A stretch of 64,000 nt of DNA, from assembly GCA_963823665.1 (NCBI GenBank), contig CAWGMQ010000004.1, forward strand, positions 1,312,001 to 1,376,000, written 5' to 3'. Each line of letters opens with the position of its first letter. Position 1 is the stretch's first letter. Below the pieces are notes generated by a model, which did not search any database, had not been told where the DNA came from, and saw only the letters and a list, made by a program, of their open reading frames with translations. The translations under genes and the position numbers were made by a program. This DNA comes from an uncultured Planctomycetota bacterium. GTDB taxonomy: Bacteria > Planctomycetota > Planctomycetia > Isosphaerales > Isosphaeraceae. Below, piece by piece: positions 28,686 through 38,578 of the stretch.

Positions 28686-28999
28686 GCCCGACTCCTCAAT
28701 TCTGGCTCAGCCGGTGTCTGCTCCCAGAAATAGCCCTCCTCCGCATAAGTCGCCCGCGATTTCTCATCGTAGCGCAGATGATACGCCCGTGCGATGTGCG
28801 GCTCGAGCGCATGATAGTACTGCCGGTCGACCTCGGTATCCGTCGATAGAATCAACACCTGGTGGCTCGCATCCGGAAAGTACCGCTCGACCAGATTGCG
28901 CCGGTGGGCCGCGTCGAGCCGCGCCATCGGCGTGTCGATGATCGCGGGCAGCGGGTGGGCCGACGCCCTGGCCAGCCCCCGCAGAATCGAGGCGGAGGT
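28682..28999 (-). pseudogene. dndD: 3' remnant of DNA sulfur modification ATPase DndD
   Basis: 'ILRGLARASAHPLPAIIDTPMARLDAAHRRNLVERYFPDASHQVLILSTDTEVD...GYF' is the DndD C-terminus. The frame is closed by a stop at 29000-29002, and no N-terminal part or dndBC lies upstream. Confidence 0.88.
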
Positions 29000-30048
29000 T
29001 CAGAGACCCGACAAATTGACGGCGAAGGACCTGACCGCAGTTTCGAAGCAATTTGGTGTCGTTCCGGGGGAGACGAAGAAAGCGTCCCCGGAGGCGATTC
29101 TTGAAAAGATCACGCGGCGGAAGACAACGCATGTGCGGAGCTTGTCCTGAGGTGATGCGCCGAATCCGATGTCGCGGAGACACAACGGCTCGGTGTACAC
29201 GCCGGGGCCGCGCTCGAGCAACACCTCGGGCCTGTGGTCGTGTTTCAATTCAAACTCGCTCCAGCCACAAGCTTTCGCCGAGGGTGACCATATGTCTGCC
29301 AGCGAATCAGCTCTCTGCGGTGGTAAATCAAAGGGCCGTATTCTTTACCGCGTCGCTCGCTTAGCGATTTCGTCTCAAAAACCCCCATTTCCATACGTTG
29401 CGACGGGTTTCTTTACTCTAGCGGCGAGGTGGCGGAAGGCAAAGTTCGGAGATGCAAGGGTCTTGACTATGGGGAACGATGTCGGCTTGCGGCAGAACGA
29501 CCCGAAGCTGGCGTAAGACGCTTCGGTCGAAGCCGTCGAAGCGCGCCACTTCCTCGATCTGGTTTTCAAAGCGGGCTACCGTGGCTGCTGTCACGTCGTT
29601 CGATGGGTCGCCAACCCGATCACACGCCAGCGGCCGCATCGACGCAGAAACGTCCGTCCTCCCGCATAACCGACCGACGGGGGCAAGCTTGCGGACGTCC
29701 TGCAACTCCTCCACAAGACGGGTCCCGGGTACCGCAGCACATACATTCCCTCCAGCGTGTTTGAGCACCAGAATCTGCGGGTCCTGCTGCACGGCGGGAG
29801 CGATGTGTGCGAACGTCTGAAAGGATTTCTGCAGGGCTTCGGTGTCCTCGTTTTCTGTGGTAAGATCATCATATATTGCTTGGGATCGAGCGAGCTTTCG
29901 CGGCGAGCATACCAGTCTCGGCTACTCGTATACATGGAGCGATAGCATCGGATAATGCGCGGAGTCGACGAAGATCTGACGCAAGTCGAGACTGACAATT
30001 ACGCATGATGACAGCCAATTGGTGCTGAGCGGAACACCGTCTTCAGAC

Positions 30049-31971
30049 CTACTTCGGTCGGAATTCTTTTGCAAGGCCTTCCAAGAACGCGGTGGCCACA
30101 ACGTGCGAGCCGTTCCAGAGATCGTAAGGAATCACCCGTAAGTTGAAATCCTCGAACCAGTAGCGCGTCGCGATTGCACCGGGTTTCGGGAGAAGTGCGT
30201 AGTGTGGACGTGCATTTCCACCGAACGTCGCCACGAGCTCCTGAAGAACGAAATCGACGTTTGGATCTCGAAATCCGTAGCCGTAGAAAAAGATGGTCGA
30301 GTCAACGAATAATCGCCGCAGAAACTCCCTGTACTTGGGCTTTTCAAAGAGAATGCGTCTGAAGTCGCCTCGGGTAAGCACGATAGACTCCACGTCCGAA
30401 GTCGACCCGTGCATCTTTATCACCGGAAACTTTGTCTTGTCGTTCAGCAGGGATTCGACACCCGCCGCGCCAACTCGGTCCATGAGTTCTGGGAGCACGA
30501 CTTCTGAGCGTTCGCGCGAATGCTCAATAAAGGAGTCAAAGTTCGTGGTTACCGCAGCACGGAACGGGACCTCGGATAAAAGGCGATGTGTTCGGGATGT
30601 TCGCGCGTGGTCGGACAAGCGCTCCCGCAAGTACTCGGCGAACTCGAACGGCCCGAGGTTGTCGCGGCAAAAGGCTGCTACGACAAGAAGCTCATCCTTT
30701 CGAATCAACTCATCAAGCTCGGCCTGCTCGGATTCGGCAAGCGTCCCTGAATCTTTGCAACGCTCGACCATCCCGCGCAGGAGTTCCCGCCAGCTGGGCA
30801 GCTTTGCGTCCGCAGATGCGCCCGCACCTGCGAACAGTACGCAATGTCCCAATTGAATTGCCTTAATTAGCGCAGGCGGAGGCAGCGGGACACTCGGCTG
30901 GGGAGATGGCGGGCTCGATGACTGTGCGCTCTCCGATGTTAGAACCGAGAGTCGGTCGTTCAAGGCATTTAGGTCCGCTGCCTGAGCTTTGTGCGACAGC
31001 CGCTCCGGTAAGCTCACGGACAGGACACCGGCCGGCGCTGCCCTGTACATCCCCGCATCCGGCGCCCAAAATCCTCCGGCCCGATCCGAGTATCGGCGCA
31101 TAAAAACCTCGGCCCGACCCGCGTCCAGATCGACCCGAACATAATTGTACGAGAGGAGCTCCCTTCGGCCCTGGTAGGTGGCGCCCGCGGCTAAATGAAA
31201 CGCCTCCGTATCAGGGGATACGACGCTGACGACGCCAAGATCGTGGACGTGTCCGTGAAGCACGAAGTCCGACCGCCGGTCGAGCAGCCCTTCGACGTCT
31301 GACGCGTCGAAGTCAGCAAGCCAACTAGTCGGGTGGTGGAGCAAACTGATTACGAGGTCAGGCTTCGAAGCGCGACCAAGTGCATCGCGGACCTGACGCT
31401 CACCGATCAGCAGATTGCCGCGATCATTTTCGGAACCGGCGGTCCATGACGAGTTCAGACCAAGAACGGCCACACGAATTGAATTGACTTCTAGGTTCTG
31501 CGTGTACGACAGACTCGCCGGATCAGACACTTGCATCCAAGGAAAATTGGCGACCAAAAAGTCATGATATGGTTGAAGGCGGTCCGTAAAGAGCTCCCGC
31601 TCCTTTGCACTGCCAATGACCTGAGAAACAATCTCTCGCGAGTTGAGTGACCTCGCTGACATCTGGATGAATGGTGTGAGCCGAGATCGATCAACATCAT
31701 GGTTGCCGGGGACGCAGAAGATCATACTCATTGGAACAGACGTGGCGGAGCTTACGTTGCGCAAGAATCGGGCCGCAAGATCGTACTCTTCAGCTTTGCC
31801 GGCATGCGCGATGTCCCCAGTGATAAACACGACGTCGAACCTGATCCCCTGAGCGTCGACGAGAGCGACGAGATCGTCGATCAACGAGGAGAGCACGGTG
31901 TTCTGATCGTATTGGTCGCCTGACCGGACGTGTAGATCGGAAAGGTGGAGCCATGTCAGCGCACGCTGCAT
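30049..31971 (-). CDS. Calcineurin-like metallophosphoesterase fused to a C-terminal SIR2-like (SIR2_2) domain; putative anti-phage defence protein
   Basis: MPE motifs 'HLSDLH', 'TGDIAH', 'PGNHD', 'LHHP', 'LHGHVH'; Ser/Pro linker; SIR2 motifs 'FAGAGASA..LPSW', 'TTNFD', 'KMHGS', 'FYGYGFRDPN'. Confidence 0.88.
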   Translation of the reverse strand: MQRALTWLHLSDLHVRSGDQYDQNTVLSSLIDDLVALVDAQGIRFDVVFITGDIAHAGKAEEYDLAARFLRNVSSATSVPMSMIFCVPGNHDVDRSRLTPFIQMSARSLNSREIVSQVIGSAKERELFTDRLQPYHDFLVANFPWMQVSDPASLSYTQNLEVNSIRVAVLGLNSSWTAGSENDRGNLLIGERQVRDALGRASKPDLVISLLHHPTSWLADFDASDVEGLLDRRSDFVLHGHVHDLGVVSVVSPDTEAFHLAAGATYQGRRELLSYNYVRVDLDAGRAEVFMRRYSDRAGGFWAPDAGMYRAAPAGVLSVSLPERLSHKAQAADLNALNDRLSVLTSESAQSSSPPSPQPSVPLPPPALIKAIQLGHCVLFAGAGASADAKLPSWRELLRGMVERCKDSGTLAESEQAELDELIRKDELLVVAAFCRDNLGPFEFAEYLRERLSDHARTSRTHRLLSEVPFRAAVTTNFDSFIEHSRERSEVVLPELMDRVGAAGVESLLNDKTKFPVIKMHGSTSDVESIVLTRGDFRRILFEKPKYREFLRRLFVDSTIFFYGYGFRDPNVDFVLQELVATFGGNARPHYALLPKPGAIATRYWFEDFNLRVIPYDLWNGSHVVATAFLEGLAKEFRPK

Positions 31972-32554
31972 TGTCGGAACCTCGGACGATGTGGTTCGCC
32001 AAACGGTGTTCCTAGGGCGAATCGCGGCGAAACATTACCACAGTTTTCAGTGGAGCACGGGACAGTTGAGACTAACCCTACACACCCTCAAACCATTTGC
32101 GACCGTTCGCCGATCAGAACCCGTTCCTGTACCGGAGCGGGGGCCGTGCGACGGCGATCGGCGCCGAACCGATTCTAGTCGAGCGCGGCATCGCCTGCTA
32201 CCGCGAAGGCCGCGGCAAAACCTCGATTTCAAGGCGTAAGCCCGGTGATTGGTCGAATCGTGTGCGAAACGTGTGCCCGTTCGACACATTGCTACCACAA
32301 AAGGAATTTCGAATGAACGGTACTGCCGTCTACGCCGCATCGAGTTGCGGCGAAAGCAACCGGGAGCCGTGCGCTGCATTCGGTACGCGCGGTCCCTCCG
32401 GCAACGGCGACCGACGACTCTTGCTTGCTGGAGCGTGATTTCTGAATCCGCAGGCAAACATACGCTGCTAACCGCCGTCCGACACATCAGTTCAGAGCGC
32501 ACTGCGCCGTGCAATAGGCGCGCGGCCTGCGGTGGTAGCCTTTGCGGGCTGTAA

Positions 32555-32647
32555 ATCAAACGAAGAGGGTTGTATGGGGAAGTGCCCAAAGACACCGTCT
32601 GCGTCCCCGCCCGCTGTCGTGGCACTTTCCCATACAACCTGTTGAAC
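32555..32647 (-). other. attC-like hairpin at the downstream end of the recombinase/IS91 element
   Basis: Minus strand: GTTCAAC (RYYYAAC), then a 19-bp inverted repeat with 1 mismatch (ggttgtatggg.aagtgcc / ggcactt.cccatacaacc), then GTTTGAT (imperfect GTTRRRY). Confidence 0.55.
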
Positions 32648-32905
32648 GGAACCGCGTGGACAAGCGTCCTATTATGTTATGGGGATTCAATCAGCGCCGT
32701 CACCTGTCTCCGGTCGTCGCGACCACGATTAGGCGAGGGCATCGAGTCGCCGACGGCCCGGAGGGTCGGCGTGAGCACCTCTCCCCAGCACTCCCGCTCC
32801 TGTATCGGACCCTCGATCCGGAATATTGACACGTCTGAAGACGGGGAATGCCCCCGCCACCACCTCGAGTGACCTCGTGCCCCGGCCCTCTGCCGCGCGT
32901 GCGGC

Positions 32906-34147
32906 TCACGACGAATCGAAGATGACATGCGGCGCGGGCTGGCTTGCGGGCTCCTGAGCGCACTGGGGCACGGCAGGCAGTTCCTCAATGATCACCATCC
33001 GTCCCACTCGACATCTTGGACAAAGGGTCGCGCACCACGCCTCGGTCATCTCCACTCCGAGGGTGGGCGGCGCGGCCAACGACGGGGCCTCGGGAGTCGT
33101 GACCTGGGAGGATGCCGCAGCACGGAGCAACTCGCGGCAGACCGCCAGCTTCTCCCGACGGCGCCGGTTGGATAGCAGTCCGTAATGGCGAATGCGAACG
33201 AAACCCTTCGGCAGCACATGCAGAAGAAACCGTCGGAGGAACTCTATCGCATCCAGTTCCATAGTCCGCCGCTTGCCAGCGTGGGCGTAGTCTTTGTACC
33301 GGAACGTCACCCGACCACCTTTCATCCGAACCAGCCGGCGGTTGCCGATCGCCACGCGGTGCGTGTATCGGGCCAGGTACTTCAACACCTGGCCCGGGCC
33401 ACCGAACGGCGGCTTGGCGTAGACGACCCACTGGGTCTTGACCGCATCGACGAGAAGGCGGTTGAACCGATCTGCGTTGGCGAGCCGAGCCAACCACCCA
33501 CGGAACTTCAGCCCTCCCCGCTCGAAAGCCGTCCGGGGGCCCGCCAGGAACTTGCCTCGGAAGACGCGGCTCAGCACGCGGACTGGTAGGAAGAAGTTGT
33601 CGGGGCAAGCGACCCAGCGCGAGCCGTCCGGGGCGAGCTCGCCCCCAGGGACCACGCAATGCACATGGGGGTGGTGCTGGAGGTTCTGACCCCAGGTATG
33701 GAGCACGGCCAGGAAGCCGATCTCCGCCCCGAGGTGCCCAGGGTCGGCGGCGATCTGCAGCAAAGTCTCGGCGGCGGCCCGAAACAAAAGGTCGTAGACG
33801 ATCCGCCGGTTCTGCGGGGCGAGCGGGCCGAGGGCCGCCGGCAGGGTGAAGACGAGATGGAAATATTCAACGGGCAGCAACTCGGCGGCCCGGGCCTCGA
33901 CCCACCGCGCCGCCTCGGTGGATTGACACTTCGGGCAGTGGCGGTTGCGGCACGAGTTATATGCAATCTGCCAATACCCGCACCGGTCGCATGCCTCGAC
34001 GTGCCCGCCCAGGGACGCCGTGCGACAGCTCGCCAGGTCGGTCAGCGCACGGCGTTGCGCCGGGTAGAGGGTATGCCCGTACGCCTCGAGAAAGGCGTCA
34101 CCGTGAGTTCTGATGACGTCGGCGACTTCGACCCGTGGCCGGCTCAT
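32906..34147 (-). CDS. IS91-family transposase (zinc-binding + Y2 transposase domain)
   Basis: 'YNSCRNRHCPKCQ', 'YFHLVFTLP', 'LHTWGQNLQHHPHVHC' (HUH), 'YLARYTHRVAI', 'RIRHYGLL', C-terminal CPxC. Confidence 0.93.
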   Translation of the reverse strand: MSRPRVEVADVIRTHGDAFLEAYGHTLYPAQRRALTDLASCRTASLGGHVEACDRCGYWQIAYNSCRNRHCPKCQSTEAARWVEARAAELLPVEYFHLVFTLPAALGPLAPQNRRIVYDLLFRAAAETLLQIAADPGHLGAEIGFLAVLHTWGQNLQHHPHVHCVVPGGELAPDGSRWVACPDNFFLPVRVLSRVFRGKFLAGPRTAFERGGLKFRGWLARLANADRFNRLLVDAVKTQWVVYAKPPFGGPGQVLKYLARYTHRVAIGNRRLVRMKGGRVTFRYKDYAHAGKRRTMELDAIEFLRRFLLHVLPKGFVRIRHYGLLSNRRRREKLAVCRELLRAAASSQVTTPEAPSLAAPPTLGVEMTEAWCATLCPRCRVGRMVIIEELPAVPQCAQEPASQPAPHVIFDSS

Positions 34148-34992
34148 GGCCGGAGCCTCAGGTCCAGCCGGTCCAATGGGCTGGACGTGGTCCGCAGCGC
34201 GTCGGGTGAGACGTGGGTGTAGATGGCGGTGGTGCGTGGGCTGTTATGGCCGAGCAGGACCTGGATGGTCCGCAGGTTGGTGCCGGCCTCGAGCAGGTGG
34301 GTGGCGAAGCTGTGCCGTAGCGCGTGGACGGTGACGTGCTTCTCCAGCCCGGAGGCCCGCCGGGCCTGGCGACAGGCCTTCATCACAGCCTGGGCGGAGA
34401 TTGGCCCAGCGGGGTCGCGTCCGGGGAACAGCCAGGTCTTGAGGCGCGCCACCTTCCAGTAGGCTCGAAGCAACTCAAGCAGCTTGGGCGAGAGCATGAC
34501 GTAGCGATCCTTGCGGCCCTTGCCCTGGCGGACCCGGAGGACCATGCGTTGGCTGTCGATGTCCTCGACCCTCAAGTTGGCGACCTCAGAAACCCGGAGC
34601 CCGGCGGCGTAAGCCGTGATCAGCAGCGCGCGGTGATTGAGCCGCACAACGGCGGCGAAGAAGCGGGTCACTTCCTCAGGGCTGAGAACGACGGGGAGAC
34701 ACTTGAGGCGCTTGGGGCAAGGGAGGTGCGCGAGCACCTCGGGCCGCGCCAGGGTGACGTTGTAGAGGAACCGCAGGGCCTGGAGGTTGAGGTTGTAGTA
34801 GGCCCAGGACTGTCGCTGCTTCTCGATCATGTCGAGCAGGTAGGCGCGGACGTCGTCCGGTCCGAGGAGTTCAGGGGACTTGCCGAAGTGCCTGGCGAAG
34901 CGTGAGACACAGTTGACATAGACGGTGATGGTGCGCGGAGCGAAGTTGCGCAGTTGCATGTCCTCGATCATTCGGCGACGGAGCGGAGTCAT
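34144..34992 (-). CDS. Tyrosine recombinase/integrase (SAM-like N-terminus)
   Basis: 'MTPLRRRMIEDMQLRN', 'YAAGLRVSE', 'GKGRKDR', 'HALRHSFATHLLE', 'LLGH...TTAIYTHV'. Confidence 0.93.
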   Translation of the reverse strand: MTPLRRRMIEDMQLRNFAPRTITVYVNCVSRFARHFGKSPELLGPDDVRAYLLDMIEKQRQSWAYYNLNLQALRFLYNVTLARPEVLAHLPCPKRLKCLPVVLSPEEVTRFFAAVVRLNHRALLITAYAAGLRVSEVANLRVEDIDSQRMVLRVRQGKGRKDRYVMLSPKLLELLRAYWKVARLKTWLFPGRDPAGPISAQAVMKACRQARRASGLEKHVTVHALRHSFATHLLEAGTNLRTIQVLLGHNSPRTTAIYTHVSPDALRTTSSPLDRLDLRLRP

Positions 34993-35656
34993 GGCGAGCT
35001 CCCTTACGGAGGTGAGGTGAAGAAAGAAAGGAAACTCACCTGATGATGTCTCAGCGGGAGCGGGGAGTGGAGGCGGTGGGCGCGGAGGTGGGACGATCAG
35101 GGCCAGCCGAGGCTTGCGCGTGGCGGAGGGCTGGCGAACCGGCGCGGGAAGGCGGTCGCAGGAGGAGCTACGCTTCCCGCTCTACCGCGAAGCGGTTTCG
35201 TTCAACGGACGTTTGCTTTACGCCTGGTTCGTCACGGCACCCGGATCAAGCGCCCTAGTCCTTTGGAGTACAGGAACCAGGTAAACAAATCAAAGTGAAC
35301 ATTCTCGGCGCTGCAACGAATTCCTTGACTCCACGCAGCGAACGCTGCTCGGCACGGCACGAAAATCGCTGGGTCGGTTCGCATTCAATCTGTGGCTTGC
35401 CCAAGCCTGCCATGGACGGGCTGGAGACGCGCTCGCGCTCGGTGAAATTAGCGCACCGGAACGAGCACGACCAACAGCGTGGCGCACATCGCTGCTGCCC
35501 ATACTGATGGCGGTCAGGCCTCCGGGATGAGCCCTGCGCGATGAACTGCACGCGGCTCGCGGACCACGTACTGCGGTCAACGCAAGCCAACCGAACAAGT
35601 CGGCCACTTCAACGACCAAGGCACGATGATCGCGACGCTCGCTCAGGCGACACTAG

Positions 35657-36565
35657 TCAGACCGGTCCGCGGAACCGCTGCTTGCGATGCCAGCGGAGGT
35701 GGACAGGGTCGGGACTAAGCGCTGGATCGCTCGGTAATCGAATCATCTGCCCATGATAATCGGACAGCCGCTTCTGGTCCGGACTATCTTCCGTAAAGTG
35801 ACCGAGCGCAACTCGTACGGTGTAGTTATCCGCGATCGTCCAGAGCCCGTTGTCAAACAGCCAATGGGCATTCTTGCAGAGCGCGAGCCCGTTCCGGATT
35901 TCGTTGTTTCGCGAGTCCGCGAACTGATGAATGTGCGCGGCGTCGATGATGCTACTGGCCGATACCGTCATCAGGCGGTAGCCGGTCAGCGCGCACGTGT
36001 AGTTGTACAGCGAAACCACGCGGAGCCGAAACCTGCCTTCCCGACCGCGAAGCTCGGCCTCCTCGGCGAATTGTGACGCCGACGAATTTGCGACGTCCTC
36101 TTCGGTGAGAACCGGCAACCCGAGCAGCGCGCACAGGCCCACGCGCTCCGGCGGCGTGAAATAGCCCGAGATCAGGATCTTGCGAGCCACCTCACGAAAA
36201 GACGAGTCCTTGAGGCTGGCCTCAAACTCCGGGTCAAGCTCCGCGAATTTCGCCGCATGCCGGTCTGTTGTCGGACTGCCGGTTCCATCAAGCGCCTTCC
36301 AGAAACCGTCGCTCTGAATGTGGAAAAATGGGAAGCGGATCTCGGGCTTCTGCGTGCGGCGATGGGCGACCACCCGCCAATATGTGCAGAACTGAAATGC
36401 CAGCTCCGGAGTGAGTGGCAACAACTTCTCCGGCAGAACACCCTGTTCAGCCAAGTCGATAACGACTAGCAGCAGAAGAGGCTTGTGCGGCGCAGGGTTG
36501 CCCCTCCGGTCGGTTCGAAGTTTCGCCAGCTTGGCCAGCCACTTTCGTTCAGGGTTGTCCGACAT
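35657..36565 (-). CDS. HNH endonuclease with an N-terminal sulfur-binding-like (SBD) domain; putative phosphorothioate-dependent restriction enzyme
   Basis: 'APHKPLLLL' and 'PFFHIQSDGFW' resemble SBD motifs; HNH region 'YNYTCALTG...DAAHIH...NGLALCKNAHWLFD.G'. Confidence 0.82.
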   Translation of the reverse strand: MSDNPERKWLAKLAKLRTDRRGNPAPHKPLLLLVVIDLAEQGVLPEKLLPLTPELAFQFCTYWRVVAHRRTQKPEIRFPFFHIQSDGFWKALDGTGSPTTDRHAAKFAELDPEFEASLKDSSFREVARKILISGYFTPPERVGLCALLGLPVLTEEDVANSSASQFAEEAELRGREGRFRLRVVSLYNYTCALTGYRLMTVSASSIIDAAHIHQFADSRNNEIRNGLALCKNAHWLFDNGLWTIADNYTVRVALGHFTEDSPDQKRLSDYHGQMIRLPSDPALSPDPVHLRWHRKQRFRGPV

Positions 36566-36837
36566 CGCCGTCTTTCGATTGATTCCCCCGGGACGCCGCT
36601 TCAGTCACGCGGGGCAGCGCCAGGCGTTGGTTTGGGATAGCGAGACACCATACTCAACTCGAAGTAGAGCGGGATCGGGGGGGCACCTTGGATCATTGCG
36701 ACCGCGAGCTTCCCCGAACCTGGCTCCATCACGACGGCGTCGCTGGGCAGCGCCTGCCTCGCCTCGGCCCTGTGGACGATGCGCCGGCGCCGGCCAATAT
36801 CCACGGGTCAGCTCTTGGCACAACCGCTTCCAACCGG

Positions 36838-37122
36838 TCAGCGATTCCTCAAGGCCACCGGATCGGAGAGCAGAGCCGCTTCAATCCACTTCTTTGCCGC
36901 GTCGACCTGATCTGGATCTGGCACGCCGCCATAGTTCGTAGCCATTGCATCGGGCTTGTACTCACGAGCGAACCCAAGCGCCCTGACGAGGATCTCATGC
37001 GGCAATGGGTTAAGGGCCAGCGCGGGATCGGCAGGGTCAACGAGGAGTAGAGACCTGACCACAAGATGGTCGGCCGTGATTGCACCGCTCTGGTACATTT
37101 CGACTAATGATGCGGTAATCAT
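36838..37122 (-). CDS. Small hypothetical protein (possible immunity partner)
   Basis: 94-aa ORF whose start overlaps the stop of the upstream ORF (ATGA). Confidence 0.6.
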   Translation of the reverse strand: MITASLVEMYQSGAITADHLVVRSLLLVDPADPALALNPLPHEILVRALGFAREYKPDAMATNYGGVPDPDQVDAAKKWIEAALLSDPVALRNR

Positions 37123-37592
37123 CTTAGGCCCTCTCTCATACGAGTGACGAAGGCGTCAGCAACATCCCACGCTTCGTCATGAAAATTCCCGGGGCTGCCC
37201 GCTCGGGTGTGTTCGATGAACTGCTCGATAGACGTCTCGCCTTTTTGAAGGATGGGTCTGAGTCTCTCGAGCTCGTACATCTCGTGTGCGAAAACGGCGA
37301 CGATGGCTTCGTCGCTCTCCAAGATGTCAGGCCGTACCCGGAAGGGTACTTTGCCTGTCAAATCATGGACGAGATCGGACCAAGACACCGCCGATCCGGC
37401 GGATTTGGTTACCTGTGGCCCCCGCGCCGTGATTTCGGCGCCAAGCTCACCCGACTCATCGACGAAGAAAGCAACATCCTCTGAAATTTGGACTCCATTT
37501 CGCTTCGCAATCGCAACGGCTTCTGAAATCGTTCTAGTGCGACCATCTGCGTTAGGTTGTCACTGATGTCTGGGGAATTGTCCAAAGATCAT
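37119..37592 (-). pseudogene. Hypothetical protein with an 'AHEMYE' motif, interrupted by an in-frame TGA at 37560-37562
   Basis: The frame extends from the listed ORF to 'MIFGQFPRHQ*QPNADGRTRTISEAVAIAKRNGVQISEDVAFFVDE...', with GAGG upstream of the ATG at 37592. Confidence 0.55.
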
Positions 37593-37794
37593 CCACGGCC
37601 CTCGACCTCGAAGCACCTGCAGATACCGGGACGCTCGGAGCCAGCCTTTGTCGCTGATGAGAACGCGGCCGCAGCAGAGAACGTGCCGAACGTTCGTCGC
37701 GCAAGGTCACTGACCACTCCTCCATTCCACCCGATCGAGGGGTCGAGTTCAACCTCAGAATGGGTTCCCGGGTTCCTCGGACACCATACATAAT

Positions 37795-38082
37795 TCACGA
37801 CAGTAATCGGGTATGGTGTCCGAGGCCGAGTTCTACGCCGCCGATGACGGAATCCTCGTCTGGAATCCCCTCGACCAGACATTCTTCAGGATCCTCGCCG
37901 GCCGCGCGAATAAGATCATCTAGAGCGCGTGCGTCGCCGGAATGGGCAATGACTCGCGCACCGTCAGGACTCCAAGCAATCCACTGCCCCGCGTAACTCA
38001 CAAGCTGGTCGGGCGGAAACGACGCTCTGTTTTGCAGATAGCACCGGCGCTTCTCGAGGTATGAGGCGATATCAAACTGCAT
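37795..38082 (-). CDS. Small hypothetical protein (DUF5678-like)
   Basis: 'FPPDQLVSYAGQWIAWSPDGARVIAH'; GGAG RBS upstream. Confidence 0.65.
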   Translation of the reverse strand: MQFDIASYLEKRRCYLQNRASFPPDQLVSYAGQWIAWSPDGARVIAHSGDARALDDLIRAAGEDPEECLVEGIPDEDSVIGGVELGLGHHTRLLS

Positions 38083-38176
38083 AAATGTCTCCGCTAGAAG
38101 GCGCGTGGGCGATCGAATCGGTCATAAAGTTCCTCGCGCTTGGCATACGGCGGCCCGCCGAAAGGCATTCCCTGCT

Positions 38177-38436
38177 TCAACCGCGCCATGAACCGCTCGC
38201 AAGCACCAGCTCCGGAATCGAGGCACCGAGGTGAATCATCGCGGCCATCGTCACCCCGGAGTGGTTATTGCTGTGCTGGCTCATCGTCCATCCCGCCGCC
38301 CGGCAGATCGACCCAAGTGCCTGGCAGCCCGCGAATCCCCCGAAGTAATGATGGTCGCACAGCAAGACGTCGATCGGCTTGAGCTCGAGCGCCGATGGAA
38401 TGTGCTCGAAACTTGTCACACACATATTCGTGCTCA
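38177..38436 (-). pseudogene. Fragment of a glucarate dehydratase / enolase-superfamily gene
   Basis: 'MSTNMCVTSF..IP......IDVLLCDHHYFGG...QHSNNH.GVTMAAMIHL' lacks the N-terminal part and is truncated at the C-terminus. Confidence 0.7.
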
Positions 38437-38578
38437 TCGCCGCGCCCCCCTGGACAAGTCGCGGCGGGTGCTGTCGAATTCTCGCTCGGGGACGCCCGGC
38501 CGCGTATCCTGAACCGTGCCCAACCGATTTCTCGTAAGGCACCGTCATTCCACGCTTCCGCACATCCAGAGGAGAGCA

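Larger units (their letters stand above)
32641..35206 (-). mobile_element. Two-gene element: tyrosine recombinase + IS91-like (Y2/HUH) transposase, bounded by 15-bp inverted repeats
   Basis: Left end GTTGAACGGAACCGC (32641-32655) and right end GCGGTTTCGTTCAAC (35192-35206) match at 14/15; they enclose two overlapping genes. Confidence 0.82.

Noticed and set aside
29418..30045. Possible partner gene downstream of the MPE-SIR2 fusion
   Set aside because: The minus frame has an internal stop, no clear start or RBS, and no recognisable domain; at most a degraded ORF.
37560..37562. Selenocysteine or recoded TGA
   Set aside because: No Cys-like context or evident SECIS hairpin; a nonsense mutation or base error is more likely.
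27600..38100. Full integron/CALIN cassette array (all genes co-oriented)
   Set aside because: I found only one convincing attC-like structure (32555-32647), and the recombinase lacks evident IntI features; other GTT/AAC motifs did not form clear attC folds by eye.
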